Assembly: GCA_964496805.1 (NCBI GenBank)
Contig: CAZCBM010000001.1
Span: 1 to 59,420 of the forward strand
From: an uncultured Rhodospirillales bacterium
GTDB lineage: Bacteria > Pseudomonadota > Alphaproteobacteria > CAZCBM01
Direction: 5' to 3'
DNA length: 59,420 nucleotides
Positions 19,234 through 27,350 of this stretch are shown here, one piece after another (within the stretch, counting starts at the first letter, position 1; every line of letters begins with the position of its first letter). The notes beneath the pieces are model-generated. The model was not told where the DNA came from and did no database searches. It saw only the letters and a list, made by a program, of their open reading frames with translations. A program made the position numbers and the translations under genes.

Positions 19234-20073
19234 ATGACCGCAGAGGATCATCTGCCGGCCGAGCCGCTGGCACGCCTGTTGAGCATCATGGCCCGTCTGC
19301 GGGACCCCAACGGCGGCTGCCCCTGGGACCTGGAGCAGACCTTTGCCACCATCGCCCCCTACACCATCGAAGAAGCCTTCGAGGTTGCCGATGCCATCGA
19401 CCGCTTTGAAGCGGGGGAGGCGTCGGCGGAGGATCTGAAGGACGAACTGGGGGATCTGCTGCTGCAAGTGGTCTTCCACAGTCAGATCGCCCACGACCGT
19501 GGCTTGTTCGGGTTTGCGGACGTGGCCCAACAGGTGGCGGACAAGATGCTGGCCCGTCATCCCCATGTCTTTGGCACCCTGGACATTGCGGATGCCGAGG
19601 CCATGACCCGCAAATGGGAGGACCTGAAAGCAGCCGAGCGCCAGGCCAAAGCGGCCCAGGAGGGACGCGAGCCCAGCGTGTTGGATGGGGTGGCGCTAGG
19701 CCTTCCTGCGCTGCTACGGGCGGCAAAGTTGCAGAAGCGGGCGGCGCGGGTGGGTTTCGACTGGACGGATCCGGCTGACATCTTGGATAAGGTGGAAGAG
19801 GAACTGGGGGAAGTCCGCGGGGCCATGGCCGTGCAGGATCTAGACAACCTGGCGGAGGAAATCGGCGACTTGCTGTTTGTGTTGGCCAATCTGGCACGCC
19901 GGCACGGCCTGGACCCCGAAGCCTGCCTGCGGGGGGCCAATGCCAAATTCATAGGCCGCTTCCAGGGCATGGAGAGGCTGGCCGATCAGGAGCGCCGTCC
20001 CCTCAGCGAACGCTCCTTGGTTGAACAGGAAGCCCTGTGGCAGCAGGTGAAGACGGCGGAGCGCAAGGGGTAG
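19234..20073 (+). CDS. mazG: nucleoside triphosphate pyrophosphohydrolase MazG
   Basis: Start moved to ATG 19234, with AAGGAG upstream. LARLLSIMARLRDPNGGCPWDLEQTFATIAPYTIEEAFEVADAI. Tandem MazG domains. Confidence 0.9.
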   Translation: MTAEDHLPAEPLARLLSIMARLRDPNGGCPWDLEQTFATIAPYTIEEAFEVADAIDRFEAGEASAEDLKDELGDLLLQVVFHSQIAHDRGLFGFADVAQQVADKMLARHPHVFGTLDIADAEAMTRKWEDLKAAERQAKAAQEGREPSVLDGVALGLPALLRAAKLQKRAARVGFDWTDPADILDKVEEELGEVRGAMAVQDLDNLAEEIGDLLFVLANLARRHGLDPEACLRGANAKFIGRFQGMERLADQERRPLSERSLVEQEALWQQVKTAERKG

Positions 20074-20171
20074 GCCGACACTCAGCGCTCCCTGGGGGAC
20101 AGACCTTGGTATCCTGATCCTGCGTCCACAGCGCCTGTCAGCGCCGGTGTCCAGAGCGCGTTGCGCCGGCA

Positions 20172-20277
20172 TAGAGCGCAGGACTCCAAAGGGACAACGC
20201 CACTGAGGGGATCATCCGAGCGACCACCAGAAAGCGACAGCAGCGAGACCGATTTGGAATCGGTGTCGCTGCTGTAG
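20172..20277 (+). repeat. structured intergenic element, copy A (~106 nt)
   Basis: About four-fifths of positions are identical to 41371..41477 by manual alignment. The 3' half folds as ACAGCAGCGA-GA-CCGATT-TGG-AATCGG-TG-TCGCTGCTGT. Confidence 0.7.
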
Positions 20278-20287
20278 AGTGATCACC

Positions 20288-20372
20288 AACCCCCCTCGAC
20301 CCCACCCGGCCAGCCATTGCGATGATGCTGGCGTTGGTGGCCGGGGGGGCGTGGGGTGGCCGAGGTGGGTGG
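20288..20372. repeat. GC-rich palindromic element (imperfect), related to 53314..53380
   Basis: Arms CCCCTCGACCCCACCCGGCCAGCC / GGTGGCCGGGGGGGCGTGGGGTGGCCGAGG. The loop TTGCGATGATGCTGGCG resembles the reverse complement of the 53339-53355 loop. Confidence 0.5.
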
Positions 20373-20418
20373 AACCTGCCCCGAGCCGGTCGGCCCAAGA
20401 CCGCCGAACCGGGCGCGC

Positions 20419-21933
20419 TCAGTCAGGCTCACTGAGCTTAATGACCAAGCGTCCTTCCAGCAGTTGCACCGCGCCCGGGGCAGGCCACGGAGGCTGATCC
20501 CGCAACACTTCTGCTGCGACAGGAACAAACGCTAGGTCCCTGTAAAACCGCCGCTCTGGGGCCACGAACTTCAACACTTCCACCTGCGACCAGGGGGCAT
20601 GAAAAGCCGAGCGAAGGACACTGTTCTGGCGCTGGCCATAGTGGCTCTCCACCACGCCCACCACGCTAACCCGCTGATGAACCTGCGGATCATAGCCGGG
20701 CAGGCCATCCACGCGCCCCACGATTTGGATCGCCATCGCCTGATCTTGCTGATATGTCAGTTGTTGCAGAAAGACCAAGGACGACCCGGTCAGCGCGAAT
20801 ATCCACACCACCAGCGCCCCTGCCCCATAGGCCAGGACGCGGATTGCGCGGCTGCCAATCATTAGCGGCGCCCCGATCAATGCGGCCCCCACCAGGGCAT
20901 AGGCGGTGATGGCCCGGGGCGGCAGGTCCCCAGAATGACTGACGGCCATCAGGAAGGGAGACACCAGGGCGGCAAGCCACAGCAACAGAACGCTCAGCGT
21001 GCGGCTTAGCGGCATGTGTAGGCGTTGGCGCAGCGCCGAAAACGCCACTAAGCTCAGCACCAGCCCCGCCAGAAGCAAGAATTTGGCGGGACGCGGAAAC
21101 AGCACCTCGTCCGCCAACAAGGAGCGAAGGGCAAGGGCCAGCGGGCTGAAGAGTTTGACCACCACACCGCCAACGGTCTCTGGCTGCTGGCTGCGGGTGT
21201 CCATGGCCGTATCCAGGAATTGGCTCTGGATGACGAACAAGGCCAAATACCCGAAACCGGCCAGCAGTAGGACACCTGCATGGGCAAGGGCGCGCCGAAA
21301 ACAATAAGCCAGCGAGGCCTGCTTGTGCTTGAGGCCGAGAAAAACCAACCCAACCATCAGCGTGCAGGTGTAGACGGAAACGCTGGGCTGATAGATGGCA
21401 AGCCCCATGAGCAGGAGCGACGCGGCCACGGGGTAAGCAACCCTCCGGCGCTTGAAGGCAGAGGGCAGCAAGCCTGCGCGACGGTCCGCGATCAGCAAAG
21501 CCACAACAGCCAACAGATTGGCCAGCGGATAGGTGAGGACGGCCGTGCCGAAATTGTACATGTCGAGATGATAGGGCAGCAGCGCCATCAATAGCGCGCC
21601 CATGACCGCCGGCGCTGTCCGCGACAGACCGACATAGCGCAAACTGAGCGTAATGAGCAGGGTGTGGAACACCAATCCACAGAAGAGTGCCAGCGTGGGG
21701 GCAAACCTCCCCCCCAAAACAAACTGATAAATCCAGGTTTGAAGCCAGCGGCCAAGAGAGTGCCAGCTCACACTGGTCTGACTGAATTGGCCATAGTCAT
21801 CGACGTTCAAGGTGGCCTGTGACAGTTCTGGCAAGAAAACCAGAACAAGGCTTCCAAGCGCCGCTGCGAAGATGGGCCAATCCCGCCGCGCCAGTTCCGT
21901 CAGTCGTTCTTGTCGTGATCCAACCCTATCCAC
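20419..21933 (-). CDS. polytopic membrane protein, GT-C/GtrII-like glucosyltransferase candidate
   Basis: 504 aa with about 11-12 hydrophobic helices. An acidic DDYGQF motif follows TM1. The C-terminal ~110 aa form a soluble domain. The family assignment is tentative. Confidence 0.5.
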   Translation of the reverse strand: MDRVGSRQERLTELARRDWPIFAAALGSLVLVFLPELSQATLNVDDYGQFSQTSVSWHSLGRWLQTWIYQFVLGGRFAPTLALFCGLVFHTLLITLSLRYVGLSRTAPAVMGALLMALLPYHLDMYNFGTAVLTYPLANLLAVVALLIADRRAGLLPSAFKRRRVAYPVAASLLLMGLAIYQPSVSVYTCTLMVGLVFLGLKHKQASLAYCFRRALAHAGVLLLAGFGYLALFVIQSQFLDTAMDTRSQQPETVGGVVVKLFSPLALALRSLLADEVLFPRPAKFLLLAGLVLSLVAFSALRQRLHMPLSRTLSVLLLWLAALVSPFLMAVSHSGDLPPRAITAYALVGAALIGAPLMIGSRAIRVLAYGAGALVVWIFALTGSSLVFLQQLTYQQDQAMAIQIVGRVDGLPGYDPQVHQRVSVVGVVESHYGQRQNSVLRSAFHAPWSQVEVLKFVAPERRFYRDLAFVPVAAEVLRDQPPWPAPGAVQLLEGRLVIKLSEPD

Positions 21934-22169
21934 TCAAACCCCCTTCAGCCTATCCCTCCCGCTTCCCTTGCCCGTTGGCCCCTTGAAGGCTGTGCTGCCG
22001 TAGGGGCCACAAGAGGGCGCGCGGCATGGTAGAGACTGGTCAATAGACCTTTCAACGCCAGGCCCCTGGTTTAGGGGGGGATGGGTATGGCGCACAAGGG
22101 ACGGCCTGTCTCACGTCATCGGCGAAGCAGCGTCCGTTTGTGCAAACCCCCTGAACGCTGCGAACTCGG

Positions 22170-22217
22170 GCGTAGGACCCGGAAGTTACAACGCCCAGCA
22201 GGGGACACGACAGCAGG
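22170..22217 (+). repeat. degenerate partial copy of the 20172/41371 element
   Basis: GCGTAGGACCCGGAAGTTACAACGCCCAGCAGGGGACACGACAGCAGG aligns to the 5' part of copies A and B, with an internal deletion. Confidence 0.4.
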
Positions 22218-22626
22218 GGTCACCCACTTACCCACCGCGCCTACTTGTGCGGGCCAGCCCTGCATCCGCTTGGAGGCCCTGCAAAACTCTGGGCGGCGCC
22301 GGGAGCCCTGAACCCGAGCGTTCAACCGCCGCTGATGCTCACGACGTCGTGAGGCAGCTGTGCCGGCACGGGCACCCAAGCTGGTCTGCACCCTGATGCG
22401 GTTCCCAATCGGCACCGTCCAGGCTGGCGCGTGGGGGCGCAGACTCCTGGGCACGCTGCCACCATGCCCGGTTTTGCACGTGCAATCTCAGCCTGAGCTC
22501 GTACGGCTAACAGGGCTGTGAAGAGGTATGACAGCGCGAACGGGATGACACGGACGTAAACTAAAGCCAAGTATAGTCAGCCGCATCGACGCGGTCGCCC
22601 TGTCCCTTGGGGAGCGCCCCGATCCC

Positions 22627-23811
22627 ATGTCCCGTATTGCCTTCTACGCCCCGCTCAAGGCGGTTGACCACCCCGTTCCATCCGGTGACCGGGCTGCGGG
22701 ACGGCTCTTGCTGGCGGCCTTGCAACGCACGGGCCTGCAAGTGGAGGTGGCCTCCACATTGCGGGCGTTTGATGGCCGGGGCGACCCGGTGGCGCAGCGC
22801 GCCATTGCAGAGGCTGCCCGACGGGAGGCCAAGGTCCTGGTCCGGCGTTGGCGAGATGTGCCGGCCCATGACCGGCCCAGCGCGTGGTTCACCTATCACA
22901 ACTACCACAAGGCGCCCGACCATCTGGGCCCCATTGTGGCGGAGATGCTGGGTATTCCCTATTTCGTTGCCGAAGCCAGCCATGGGGAAAAGCAGCGTGG
23001 CGGGCCGTGGGATGCAGGTCTGGCCATCGCAGAGCGGGGCATTCGCCTCGCCTCCGCGATCTTCTGCCTCAACCCGGCCGACCGACCGGGACTGACCCGC
23101 CTGTTGGGCCATCAAGAAAACTTGGTGGATTTGCCGCCGTTCATCGACTGTGTGGAGTTGATGCGCAAACTGCCCGAGCGGGAGGAGGCACGGCGCAGCC
23201 TAGCCGCCAGTGGCCGTGTGCCCTGCGATGATCCGGACCTGCCCCTGCTGGTGACAGTGGCCATGATGCGCGACGGCGCCAAACTGGAGAGCTATCGCTT
23301 GTTGGCGACGGCTTTGGCGCTGGTTAGCCCCCGCCCGTTCCACTTGTTGGTGGTTGGGGACGGCCCTGCCCGCGCAGAGGTCGCCGATGCCTTTGCACCG
23401 TTGGCGGACCGGGTGACGCTGCTGGGGGAACGGGATAGCGCCGGTGTGCTGACGGCATTGCGCGCCTCCGACCTTTATGTCTGGCCTGCGGTGAAGGAAG
23501 CCTATGGCATGGCGTTTCTGGAGGCCCAGGCCGCCGGTGTGCCCATCGTGGCAGGAGCGGAAGGCGGGGTCACGGCTGTGGTCCACGATGGCTTGACGGG
23601 CCGTCTGGTCACCCCCCGGGATCCAGAGGCGTTGGCACAGACCATCGCCGGGCTATTGGATGACCCCAGGGAGCGCCACCACTTGGCCTCGGCAACGCGA
23701 ACCACGATGCTGGACCGGCACGACATCGATACCGCCGCACGCCAATTGCGGACCACCATTCAGCCCAAACTGCGCGCGGAGAGCCCGCCGCTGAACCTGG
23801 AGCGGGTTTAA
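22627..23811 (+). CDS. glycosyltransferase, GT4/GT-B family (paralogue 1)
   Basis: 394 aa. Begins IAFYAPLKAVDHPVPSGDRAAGRLL. C-terminal GT1/GT4 pattern ([35 protein letters not shown]). Confidence 0.8.
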   Translation: MSRIAFYAPLKAVDHPVPSGDRAAGRLLLAALQRTGLQVEVASTLRAFDGRGDPVAQRAIAEAARREAKVLVRRWRDVPAHDRPSAWFTYHNYHKAPDHLGPIVAEMLGIPYFVAEASHGEKQRGGPWDAGLAIAERGIRLASAIFCLNPADRPGLTRLLGHQENLVDLPPFIDCVELMRKLPEREEARRSLAASGRVPCDDPDLPLLVTVAMMRDGAKLESYRLLATALALVSPRPFHLLVVGDGPARAEVADAFAPLADRVTLLGERDSAGVLTALRASDLYVWPAVKEAYGMAFLEAQAAGVPIVAGAEGGVTAVVHDGLTGRLVTPRDPEALAQTIAGLLDDPRERHHLASATRTTMLDRHDIDTAARQLRTTIQPKLRAESPPLNLERV

Positions 23812-24083
23812 CCGCAAGCAGGGCAAGGCCGATCTCCTCGGGCTCTGAAACCCTCTTGGGTACAGCATGGCCCTCAACGCGGCTCTGGCGGGTCGCATGG
23901 GCTTGGCGCCCGCCTTCTCAGACCCCTCCGGCTGGGCCCCCTGCCCTCCTGCCAGCATCGGCCTGACCTGAGGCAAAACCGGCCCAACGATAAGGATCTT
24001 CACGGACTGAACCGCGCTTGTGTTTGATTCCTACACACCAGCCCGGTATAGCCCGACGAAGGAAACCCGAAGGGATAGGAGCC

Positions 24084-25268
24084 ATGGCGCTCGGCCCAAT
24101 TGCCTTTTATTCACCCCGTGTCACGCTGGAGGACGTCCGTCACTCCGGGGAGCGACGCTTGGCGCGCCTGTTCGCCCAGGCTTTGCAGCGGGCTGGCGCG
24201 CGGATCGAGGTCATCAGTCAGACCCTCACCTACGACCGGGTTGGATTGGAGACGGAGCAGAAGGAGCTTCAGCGCGCCTGCGAGAAAGAGGCGGAGGCGC
24301 TGGTCCAACGTTTTCGCGCCCGCGAGAGTGCCCAGGTGCCCCGCGCGCTGTTCACCTTCGCCAACTCCCACCTCTCACCCGATCACATTGGCACCGTGCT
24401 CAGTGATGTGCTGAGCATCCCGTATTTTATCGCCGATTGCAGCTACAACCTGCAGGAGCGAGCGGGGAAATGGCGGGAGAACTTCGCCTCCGCGAAGGAT
24501 GCCATCATCCGGGCCCGCAAGATCTTTTGCATCAACCGCCATCAGGTGGCCGCGCTGAGCCAGATTCGCACGGACCGTGGCGCCCTGGTCCAGGTGCCGC
24601 CGTTCACCGATGTGGGCCAGCTGCGCGCCCTTTCCGGCCAGCGCATGACCGCACGCCGCCAGTTCGGCAGTCAGTACAAGCTGGACCCAAGCAAAGGCTG
24701 GCTGCTGGTGGTGCAGAGCATGATGCGCGGCGAAGTTCAGACCAGCTTTCACATGTTGGCCCAGGTCCTGGAGCATATGCGGCAGGAGGACTGGCAACTG
24801 CTGGTGGTGGGCGATGGCCCGCAGCAGGCGGAGATCCGTAAGCGTTTCCGGCCCCACAAGGATCGGGTTCGCTTTCTGGGACGCCTGCCCACCCAGACCG
24901 TCCAGGCCCTCTATTCCGCCGCTGACATCTATGTGTGGCCCTCGAATCGCCTGGAAATCGCCTCTGCCCTGTTGGATGCTCAGGTGGTGGGCCTGCCGGT
25001 GGTGGCCGGCCGATCGGAGAGCGCCAGCGAGATCGTCCGCCACGAGGAAACCGGCTATCTGGTGCCGCAGGGCGACGTTGGGGAATTTGCCCTGGCGATT
25101 GACCGGTTACTTGCCCGCCCTCGCAAGGCGTTGGACATGGGGTTGTCGGCACGCCTGATGCCCCGGGAAGCGAACGATTTACCCTATATTTCCAACCTGC
25201 TGCAGCGGGAGATTCAGCCCGTACTGGAGTCGGAGGAAGCGGGGGCGAGCTGGTTGCAGCCCCGTTGA
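24084..25268 (+). CDS. glycosyltransferase, GT4/GT-B family (paralogue 2)
   Basis: Start moved to ATG 24084, with AGGAG upstream. 394 aa and collinear with paralogue 1 ([25 protein letters not shown]; LLVVGDGP). Confidence 0.8.
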   Translation: MALGPIAFYSPRVTLEDVRHSGERRLARLFAQALQRAGARIEVISQTLTYDRVGLETEQKELQRACEKEAEALVQRFRARESAQVPRALFTFANSHLSPDHIGTVLSDVLSIPYFIADCSYNLQERAGKWRENFASAKDAIIRARKIFCINRHQVAALSQIRTDRGALVQVPPFTDVGQLRALSGQRMTARRQFGSQYKLDPSKGWLLVVQSMMRGEVQTSFHMLAQVLEHMRQEDWQLLVVGDGPQQAEIRKRFRPHKDRVRFLGRLPTQTVQALYSAADIYVWPSNRLEIASALLDAQVVGLPVVAGRSESASEIVRHEETGYLVPQGDVGEFALAIDRLLARPRKALDMGLSARLMPREANDLPYISNLLQREIQPVLESEEAGASWLQPR

Positions 25269-25365
25269 TCAGAGGCCGCCTCGGGGTCTGGCGTGTCCGG
25301 TTCCCCTTGCACTGACACCGGAACCGGGGTACGCGCTTGTCCGACCTTTGAGGACGGAGGCAGCT

Positions 25366-26214
25366 GTGCTAACCCTGGACGGATTGACCAAGCGTTTTGG
25401 CGAGACGCTGGCGGTGGATGCCGTCAGCTTGTCTATTGATCGCCCCCAGATGCTGGGGGTCATCGGGCGGTCCGGGGCGGGCAAATCCACCCTGCTTCGC
25501 ATGATCAACCGCCTAAACGAGGCGACAGCCGGGCGGATCCTGGTGACCGGTGCCGACGGCCAGCCAGAGGACGTCTTGACCCGTCAGGGCCGCGCAAAGC
25601 GGGCATGGCAGTCCCAATGCGCCATGATTTTTCAGCAATTCAATCTGGTCCCCCGCCTGGACGTGCTGACCAATGTGCTGTTGGGGCGCTTGTTCCATAA
25701 GTCCTGGTTGGCCGGCACCCTCGGCCTGTTCACCGACGCCGAGCGCGCCAAGGCCCTCTCCATTCTGGATCGACTGGACATTGCCGATCTCGCCCTTCAG
25801 CGGGCGGAGACCTTGTCCGGGGGGCAACAGCAGCGGGTGGCCATCGCCCGCGCCCTGATGCAACAGCCCAAGATCCTGTTGGCCGATGAGCCCATCGCCA
25901 GCTTGGACCCACGCAATGCCCGCATCGTGATGGACACCTTGGCCCGCATCCATCGCGAAGATGGCTTGCTGGTCATCACCAACCTGCACACGCTGGATAC
26001 CGCCCGCAGCTATTGCGATCGCGTCCTGGGCATGTATCAGGGCCGCGCCGTCTTCGACGGACCGCCTGCCCATCTGACCGATGCCATGGTCCGCCACATC
26101 TATGGGGTCGAAGCTGACGACGCCACGTTCGATGATGGCGTCACCTCCACCAGTTTGGGGAAGGCCGCCAAAGGCAGCGCCCCCCCTGCCCAGGCCATTG
26201 GGTCACCGGCCTGA
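25366..26214 (+). CDS. phnC: phosphonate ABC transporter ATP-binding protein
   Basis: GTG 25366 with GGACGGAGG upstream. Walker [10 protein letters not shown], signature [15 protein letters not shown], Walker B ILLADEP. Confidence 0.85.
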   Translation: MLTLDGLTKRFGETLAVDAVSLSIDRPQMLGVIGRSGAGKSTLLRMINRLNEATAGRILVTGADGQPEDVLTRQGRAKRAWQSQCAMIFQQFNLVPRLDVLTNVLLGRLFHKSWLAGTLGLFTDAERAKALSILDRLDIADLALQRAETLSGGQQQRVAIARALMQQPKILLADEPIASLDPRNARIVMDTLARIHREDGLLVITNLHTLDTARSYCDRVLGMYQGRAVFDGPPAHLTDAMVRHIYGVEADDATFDDGVTSTSLGKAAKGSAPPAQAIGSPA

Positions 26215-26354
26215 TCTGCAAGCGGCGCCACCCCCCGGACCCCGGCCCTTCCCGGGCCGAGGGCACCGGCGCCACCCCCCACCGGCTGGAAGAGGAGCCA
26301 GCCGGGACCCAACGGGAAGACAAGTCCCCGCGCTTGAGGAACCAGGAGAGAACC

Positions 26355-27266
26355 ATGACCAAGACAACCACGGCCATTGCCGCCGCTGCCCTACTGTGCC
26401 TGAGTGCCAGCACCACCCTCGCCCAAGACCTGACCGAGTTCCGCATCGGTCTGCTGGGTGGCGAGAACGAACAGGACCGTTTGCGCAGCAGCGAGTGCCT
26501 GCGTGCCACGATGGAAGAAGCCCTGGGCATGCCCGCCAAGCTGTTCCCCAGCCCCGATTACGCCGGTGTGCTGCAGGGCCTGCTGGGCGGCACCCTGGAG
26601 TTTGCTGAACTGGGTGCCTCCGGCTATGCCGGCATCTATCTGGAGAATCCTGATGCTGTTGAGCCCCTGGTTCATACCGAACAGTTGGACGGTTCCCGCG
26701 GCTCCTACAGCGTGCTCTATGTGCGCGCTGACAGCGAGTTCCAGACCCTGGATGACCTCAAGGGCGCCAGCATTGGTTTCGCTGACCCCAACTCCACCAG
26801 TGGCTATCTGATCCCCACCGTGGACCTGCCCAACACCCTGGGAACCTCCGTGGAAGAGTTCTTCGGGGAGACCGGGTTCGGCGGTGGACATGAGCAGACC
26901 GTGATCGCGGTGCTGAACAAGCAGTTCGACGCGGGCGTCACCTGGACCAGCGGCATCGGCGAATACAGCGAGGGCTACACCGCCGGCTTCCTGCGCAAGA
27001 TGGTGGACAAGGACATGCTGGACATGAGCGACATCCGCATCCTGTGGCGCAGCAACCTGATCCCCAACGGTCCCGTGGTGATCCGTCAGGACATCCCTCA
27101 GGAGGTCAAGGACACTGTCCTGAAAGTCCTGCTGGAGCTGCCGCAGACCGACCCTGAGTGCTTCTACAGCGTCTCTGGCGGTGACCGGAACGGCTATGTT
27201 GAAGTGGACCACGAGGCGTTCAAGACCATCGTGGACGCCCGCCGCTCCACCATCGAACAGGACTGA
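26355..27266 (+). CDS. phnD: phosphonate ABC transporter substrate-binding protein
   Basis: ATG 26355 with AGGAGAG upstream. Signal peptide ...STTLAQD. PhnD pattern (FRIGLLGGEN, FADPNSTSGYLIP). Confidence 0.85.
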   Translation: MTKTTTAIAAAALLCLSASTTLAQDLTEFRIGLLGGENEQDRLRSSECLRATMEEALGMPAKLFPSPDYAGVLQGLLGGTLEFAELGASGYAGIYLENPDAVEPLVHTEQLDGSRGSYSVLYVRADSEFQTLDDLKGASIGFADPNSTSGYLIPTVDLPNTLGTSVEEFFGETGFGGGHEQTVIAVLNKQFDAGVTWTSGIGEYSEGYTAGFLRKMVDKDMLDMSDIRILWRSNLIPNGPVVIRQDIPQEVKDTVLKVLLELPQTDPECFYSVSGGDRNGYVEVDHEAFKTIVDARRSTIEQD

Positions 27267-27350
27267 TCCCTGTGACGGCGGTGACGGCGGGGCCTTCGGG
27301 TCCCGCGCGTCACCGCCCCCCTGCTGATCAAGGACGAGGGCTGGATCATC

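Noticed and set aside
22322-22570. 82-aa ORF with a hydrophobic N-terminus in the long 21934-22626 intergenic region.
   Set aside because: It has a non-ATG start, no Shine-Dalgarno sequence and weak GC3 bias. The C-terminal two-thirds are Cys/Arg/Pro-rich and look like noise.
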